A DNA stretch of 63,164 bases, counting the filler, from Collodictyon triciliatum (Eukaryota), in NCBI GenBank assembly GCA_043381765.1. It is 3 parts of 3 records of this genome, joined end to end, with 100 filler letters (N's around TTAATTAATTAA, not from the genome) between each part and the next. Parts side by side here need not be neighbours in the genome. Positions count along the whole stretch, not along the records: positions 42,192 to 63,164 come from JBHJMP010001214.1; 2 more parts are not named here. One strand, written 5' to 3'. Position 1 is the stretch's first letter. Every line of letters starts with the position of its first letter. Shown piece after piece: positions 54,101-63,164 of the stretch. The notes under the pieces were generated by a model, which worked only from the letters and a program-made list of their open reading frames with translations, was not told the DNA's origin and ran no database searches. The position numbers and the translations under genes are program-made.

Positions 54101-56334
54101 ATTTCTGCTATGGAGGCAAGCACATTCTATTATCAACTGATTAATCATGAGCACCAATGATGAAGACATACGTTCTTTCTTTATATCAACCAATAATCCT
54201 ACCAATAGGATGAGAATCTCGGTCCCTTGGAAGCCACTATACACAATTTAACCAAGTCAATCGCGAGCACCGAGCATGAATGCAACACTTTACAACACAA
54301 CTGGATCAAAAGGCAAACAGAACTTGTCGATTTGATTAATGATGGAAACGCGCAGGTGGAAAAAAATTCGGAAATGAAAAGTCGACACACTATCTTAAAG
54401 CAGCGCCGGATGAGGTGGGTCATTATTGCCGTATTATTGATGGAAACTACTGAATGTACCGACTACGATTAATTCAAACAAGAGGGTAGCACTAAAAAAA
54501 AAATATTTCGTTTTCTCACATAGAATGGACACCGCTGTAGAGAATCATGAGAAAGAAATACGAGAGATAGAATCATCAATAAGATCTCTGCAAACGGACA
54601 TGCAAAAGCTGAACGTGCTGATTGCTAAAAACATCGATTCACACAAGTTCCTGACTGAAGGCAACCTGGACATGGAGACTATGATTGTTGGAAGGTATGT
54701 ACATATCAAATATCGGCCTTTCCCTCCAGTTTACATTTAAATTGTGAAATATTCATGAAGAACGAATGTTAACAGACTCAAAGACCACGAAGCTGAATCA
54801 ATTCAACTCCAAACTGCAATGGAGAGTATTAAGGAGGAAAAGGCACGAATCATGGCTGACTTGATCGAGGCAGAGAGACAATTAATGCTTTGGGAAAGAA
54901 AGATTCAACTGGAGCGTGAAACACAAGAGGCCATCGACCCTGAACAAGGTTAATATTTCCGAGCATTTCTCTATCCGCGGTATCATGTTTTTTTTTTTTT
55001 CCCTTTATTCGTATAGTGATTTTATTTTTTTTTTGGAATTTCAGGTGCGGCTGAAACCAAAGGAATGAGGAAAGAAATCCATCGGATGGCTTTACGTTAT
55101 CAACAGCTGCAAAATAAACAGGAAATGCTAATCCAGGGAATGGAAAAGGCCATCAATCGCAGGGAGACCATTATGACCAAGTAACACAGAAATAAATCTG
55201 AACTGGAAAATAATAAAATCCTAATCAGAAGTTCTGTTTTTTTTTTTTAGTCAATAAATCAGACAATTCAGTCTTTATATAATTATGTTTTTGTTTTACC
55301 ATCAAATTTGACAATCTATTATTAATAATAAATCAATCATGTGAAAGAAACCGCAACGCTCAGAAGTCGGGGAAGGGAGCAGGAACGACTCAGGTTCGTG
55401 TATGATATAAGATGGGGAATAGCAGACGAAGAAAGCTGTAAAGTTCTGGTCTCATACATTGTTTCTTTTTAGAACACCATGCTTAAAATGCCCATATTGA
55501 TAATTTTAGGTTTCGCTCCAGCAAGAAATATCAGAAGTGTCAAAGAAATTGAAACAAACCGCGCACGAGATTGGTCTCTGCGATAAGGAAATTAGGGTAG
55601 CTCTTTCAGCACTTCTGCGATTCTACTGTCTTGTGCATTTCCCTTTTACAAATCAGTATGATGTTTTGTGCCTGTACTTATGAAAATACATCGCAGTCGC
55701 TTGTATCAGCCCAAGAGCAGCTTGGCCGTGAAGTGGAGGACACGGCTAATATATGCAATAGCATGCGGCGACAAGAACAAGAACTCTTGCGGTCATTAGA
55801 AACCAGCACTCACCAACGAAACAAGGTAGATTTGTCAAGAGTCTGCACCCACACTTTTACACACGAGTTCATGTTATTGGAATATACATTTTTTTTCCTT
55901 TTTATTCGATTCATAGTGATATCACCAGAACATATATATATATTTACAACGCTCGACCGGCTAAAAAATAAAATAAAAATTGGGGTTAATGGCAGAACAT
56001 GAACGACATCATGAGATACCAGCGCATAGCAAAAAGATACACTGCAGTGGAGAGTGGGAAGTACCAGATGTGCAGCAAGGATGTGGACGCCGACCTCACA
56101 AAACAGGATGATAGGCTCCGTAGAATCGAACACGTTTGCCTCCATTTCAAAGAGAAGCCACGTTTCCGCCAACGAACTTTTTTACCTCTCACCTTTTCCT
56201 TTTTCTCTGGTGATAAATCCTTGTCTTCTTGTGTGGCTGTATACTAGGTTCTCAAGGTTCTCTGTGAGGAGTTCCCGCAAGTGAAGGAAGACATGGAGCG
56301 GATTATCCTGACCATTAAAGAGACTGCCATCTAA
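51111..56334 (+). CDS. CCDC40: Coiled-coil domain-containing protein 40 (axonemal 96-nm ruler, FAP172), many exons
   Basis: Acidic N-terminus, 'LEPDN|PLLARVQEAIYRQL', 'REDLGVGLYNVQQQLA', 'IAVTRRETYKAE', 'K.TQDILIDNL', 'KQLVMQWKSSLLGVTRRDEAL', 'NELSRIRVDALN', 'LGPLEATI', 'RQLMLWERKIQLERE', 'EIHRMALRY'. Confidence 0.9.
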
Positions 56335-56920
56335 GTCTAGAGCAGGGAATAAAATCGATAAATAACAAACAAACAAACAAACAAAAAAAAAATACAGTAA
56401 AAACAAAAGCAGTCAGTTAGTACATACCATAAATAGCGCTAGTGAAGCATTTACTCTCGGAAAAGGACTTCCGCGAAACCACGGCAGAATTCTTCGAAAG
56501 CAGTTTCCGGGAAATGTTGCGAGAAAGTGATCCCTTTGTCTGCCTCCGCGTATTAAAAGAGCTCTGTGCGAATATCCGACAACTTGGTTGGCTCCTCTGC
56601 GCTCTGCGTTGAATAAACGATCAAATATGAGCGAAGCAATCAAGGTGAAAACAAAAACAAAAAAGAAACGAGAAGAAAAATAAATAAAAGGCAATTGTTT
56701 TCTTTTTTTTTTTTATTATTATTATTTTTTTTTTTTACAGCAGAGAAAAGCTTGGTGTTTGCCGATAGCTAGTTTGCACCTTTCGCATTAGGCTGTGTGC
56801 ATTTTTTTTTTTTTGAAATTAGACTGATTACCTTATTTACTTATTCCAATTATCATAATGCGATAAGTAAAAATTCCTCATGTCAAAGCAGAAAGAAAAA
56901 TATTCAAGCGCCCAAGTGCA

Positions 56921-59383
<2,463 letters not shown>

Positions 59384-60336
59384 GATGATGAATCACGATT
59401 CTGATTTGCTGTCACATCTACCTGTCTATCTGCTTCTTGTCCCTTTTGCTGTTTACTATCTCTGTGTCGCTTCTTCGCTGCAAGTCTTTCCCACACACCC
59501 ATTTTTCTTCCTGTTGTTGATGCCAAGTCTCGTATTATCCAAAGTTATTTTCTGGTTCTTTTCTGTGGTGGAGATTTTTTTGTAAATAAAGCCTGTGGTT
59601 CGGCAAGTCACCCACCATACTTTGATTTGTCGCTCTGTTCAATGAAGTCATCCGTAGAAGGTATGATGGAGCAAAAGTAGCCAGGGGCTGCTGATTTGTG
59701 TGTTTATTTGTGGATCTGTTCTTTGGCTGGTGTGCTGGGTTTTGGGTCTTTGATGCGTGGGCGTATCGTAAGATCGGCTCGTGGGAAGTCTGACTCGCTT
59801 GAGATAATGAGACTGGCGTTTGGAGAGAGAGCTGATCGTGGGAGGCATTTACCTCTTCATTCCAGATACCGTAGCTGTGTGGAAGTAATAGATTCCTGGT
59901 TTTTTGTTGTTGTTTTTTCAGCCAACCTCTTGTCTTCTTTCATTTGATCTGGCGAGATTGTTGATAAAACAAAATTAAATAAAGAAGGTAACTCTTCATC
60001 TTTTTGATCGGCCCTTTTGATTTGATGCAAGAACCATCCAGTAGCAGTGGTATTGGGGAAAGTAATACTAATTCGGCCATTGGCAGCGCTTCGCAGTTTT
60101 TAAGCTTATCAGAGGTACACCAGTCTTTTCCATAGGATTTCTCGCGCCTTGCAAATGAGGCAACAGTGCCACTCTTATGCGTTTCTTGGTCCGCATTTTT
60201 GTGTCGAAGACCGTCCCGACTTTTTTTTTCCCCTTCATTCAACGTTTTTTTTTTCGAGGATAACATAACCAAGATATGAAATATGAATGGGTGTATTAGC
60301 TTCTAATTTTTATTTTGTTCTGAATAGAGTGTAAGA

Positions 60337-61316
60337 ATGTGCGGTATATGGGGTTGCTTGAAGGCAGTTTTTACACCGAGTGATCGCCTGGTCGTCATCG
60401 ACGGGAAAAGGTGATCGTATATCCATTCCTCTTGACTTCTCCAAAAAGAAAAGAAAAGAGGGAAACAGCCTCATGACACCATGCCTAAGCAATACTGTAT
60501 CGCACTCATTTTTGTAACAGTACATATTGGCTAATTGATTGATTTCATATCAGATATCGCACCTTGCAACTTCTTGGTGAGGGCGGTTTTTCGTTTGTAT
60601 ATCTTGTAGAGGAACTTTCTAGCGGTAAAAGATATGCCTTGAAAAAGATATTAGTCCAAGACCGTGAACAAAATGAGGTCAGCTTGGTTGAGATGATATA
60701 CCTTCTACTGCTCGCTGTCATAGACACACACTGTATTTATATATAATTAAAATAGATATATGTGATTTTTAAAACATATCAGCTTCATCGCATTCCGTTT
60801 CTTTATTTTTTCATTCCAATAAATTTGGGCTTTTATGTCATTGCAACAGTGCGCGCAACAAGAGATAGAAGTGCATAAAATCTTTGGCAAGCATCCAAAT
60901 ATACTGAGACTCTTGGGCTACACAACAAGGGATTTTCCCAACCGACCATATGCAAAGGAATACTTTATGCTTTTGCCATATTTTCGGGTAAGTTATTTCT
61001 CGCGTATGCTTCATTTCTATATTCTCACTGTTCTTCCCAATACACTCAGGGAATAAATATCTCTGCATTTTTTTTTATTTGTCCTTAGGGAGGAACTTTG
61101 CTTCATCATGTTGAGGATATGCACAAACGTGGACATTATTTTACGGAGAGGGAACTACTTATAATGTTCAAATCCATATGTGAAGGTCTCCGTGCATTCC
61201 ACAAGCATACAACTCCATATGCACATCGCGATATCAAAGTAAAGAATAAGGAAAAAATGATACTTTGTATAGTGGGACGCTCCGTCCCCTTTCCTTACCA
61301 TAGAGTAGTCACGCTT

Positions 61317-61412
<96 letters not shown>

Positions 61413-62370
61413 TTTAAGGTGCTCTTTGTTTTGAAAATCCAACAAAAATGGAAAACCGAGTGTGTATTTCTTTTAATCAATGAAAAATTGAGTTAAAATC
61501 CTACCCAAAAAACCATTCGTACTCACAGCCTGGCAATGTTCTGTTGGATGATAAAAAGACTCCTGTTCTGATGGACTTTGGGTCTGCGTGTCGAGCCAGG
61601 CTTGTTATTGAGGATGTTAGTCAAGCTAAAGCTTTAAGGGTATACCAACAATGATATTGTTTTGAATTTATCATGCTAAATTGTTGATTTTTTTTCTTGA
61701 AATAAAACAGAAGTCTTAACAACAATAAAAAAAAAAAACTTAAATGAAAATGAAAAAAAAAATAGGAGGCTGCATCAGAAAAATGCACGCTACCATACAG
61801 ACCACCTGAATTAGTGGACGTTCCCTCGAACTGCACCATCGATGAAAGGACGGATATATGGGTCTGTATCGCTTGATTTTATGTGTGTTACATGGAAACT
61901 ATATCATGCATTCACAAAGTGCGACAACAAGCGTTTATGAGCGAATCTATTCCATTCAATATAATATGTTTTCCTCTCGTCCAGGAATGGAAATAAAATA
62001 TGGTCTAATATCTGATGTCGGTGTAGTCGCTAGGATGCACTTTGTATTTCATGGCTTTCCATTACTCTCCGTTTGAGGGCCCTACCATGGCGAAGGCCAG
62101 TCTAGCGCTTGCGATTCAAAATGCAAAGATTCCGTTTCCGCAGGATACGAGGTTCAGCTACTATATCTTTTTTTTTCTCCCCTTACTCTCCCAACTTCAC
62201 CGGGCATCAAAAGTAATTAACAAAATCAACAATTTAACATCAGGTACTCCCAGCGTGTTCATGATTTAATTCTATTCATGATGAATCCTAAAATCGCTGA
62301 AAGGCCATCCATCGATCTGGTACTTGCACGTCTGAATGAAATCATGCGCGCAAATCAGATAGTGATGTAG
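60337..62370 (+). CDS. STK16: STK16/MPSK1-like NAK-family Ser/Thr kinase, 8 exons
   Basis: 'VIDGKR|YRTLQLLGEGGFSFVYLV...YALKKI', 'HPNILRL', 'YAHRDIK|PGNVLL', 'VLMDFGS', 'ASEKCTLPYRPPEL.DVPS.C.IDERTDIW|SLGCTLY..AF..SPFE', 'SLALAI', 'ERP'. An upstream coding exon cannot be excluded. Confidence 0.88.
61316..61410. repeat. (TTG)n microsatellite, intronic
   Basis: Directly visible. Confidence 0.95.
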
Positions 62371-62448
62371 ACGAAAAAGAAAGAAAATAAACAGAAGGAA
62401 ACCTCCCAGTACAATTACAGCCGCGCCAATTAATATACATATTTACAG

Positions 62449-62563
62449 TGTTTGTTTGTTTGTTTGTTTGTTTGTTTGTTTGTTTGTTTGTTTGTTTGTT
62501 TGTTTGTTTGTTTGTTTGCTTGCTTGTTTGTTTGTTTGCTTGTTTGTTTGTTTGTTTGTTTGT
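62449..62563. repeat. (TTTG)n microsatellite downstream of the kinase
   Basis: Directly visible. Confidence 0.95.
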
Positions 62564-63100
62564 TTTTCAGCATCAGTTAGAAGACATTCATGTTTACTTT
62601 TGCAATTATTTAGCACGATTGGCAAGAGAAAAAACCAGTGTGGTAAATCTTGCAACTAACAAACGTCATCTTCGGCCCTTTCCACATAAAGGTTAATTGC
62701 TATGTCCCAAACGAATTAGGTAACGCCTTACGTTTGTGGTCTTCCGGTCTTGGAATCATCTGTTTTCCATTTTTCTGCGCGTGCAACAAAATTCGTCGCG
62801 AGCATCGAACAGAATCGAGCAGTAATCGAAGATTCTTTCCCATTATGTGCAGGAATCGGGATTGGATCGACAAAATCCCTGCACATAACAAGATATTCCA
62901 GAAGAAGAATAGACGGACAGTTATTTGACAACAAATTTCTGCTTGCGTTCATTTGCTTCACAAAAAATAAAGAAAAGTAATTTTTTCGGGTTTCACTTTG
63001 GGCGTGCGAAAAAACAAACAAAAAAATAAGGAAGGAAGCAAGCTGCAATTAACGGACACAGCATTAAAAAAAAAAAAAAAAAAAAAGAAAATAAAAAAAA

Positions 63101-63164
<64 letters not shown>

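Overview
Intron-rich, AT-rich eukaryotic DNA in the standard genetic code, probably from a flagellated protist (CCDC40 and a C19orf44/DUF4614-like gene are present); I cannot name the organism. The window is three probably unrelated contigs of descending length (21010, 20981, 20973 bp) joined by artificial N44-TTAATTAATTAA-N44 linkers, so adjacency across the linkers is meaningless. Most listed ORFs are exon fragments or microsatellite artefacts, so I rebuilt gene models by hand from splice sites. Contig 1: LEA_2-like membrane protein, a small protein with a WH2-like tail, EMC4, an LRR/Cys-rich/multi-TM receptor containing nine consecutive 69-nt one-LRR exons, an intronless very GC-rich FAR-17a/AIG1 gene and a convergent DUF4614-like gene. 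Contig 2: a decayed Fanzor1-like (TnpB-family) relic beside an unexplained structured segment, DDX55/Spb4, eIF2B-delta, a rhomboid protease and a soluble adenylyl/guanylyl cyclase-like gene (C1-C2-STAND NTPase-TPR). Contig 3: a second, degenerate sAC-like gene (partial), an LRR protein, a possible Ig-fold transcription factor, CCDC40, an RBR E3 ligase and an STK16-like kinase. Best leads: the modular LRR exon cassette, the Fanzor relic and its flank, a sharp GC peak at two convergent gene ends, the pseudo-cyclase, and a recurring TTCCnnGAA upstream motif. All family calls come from motif recognition, not database searches.
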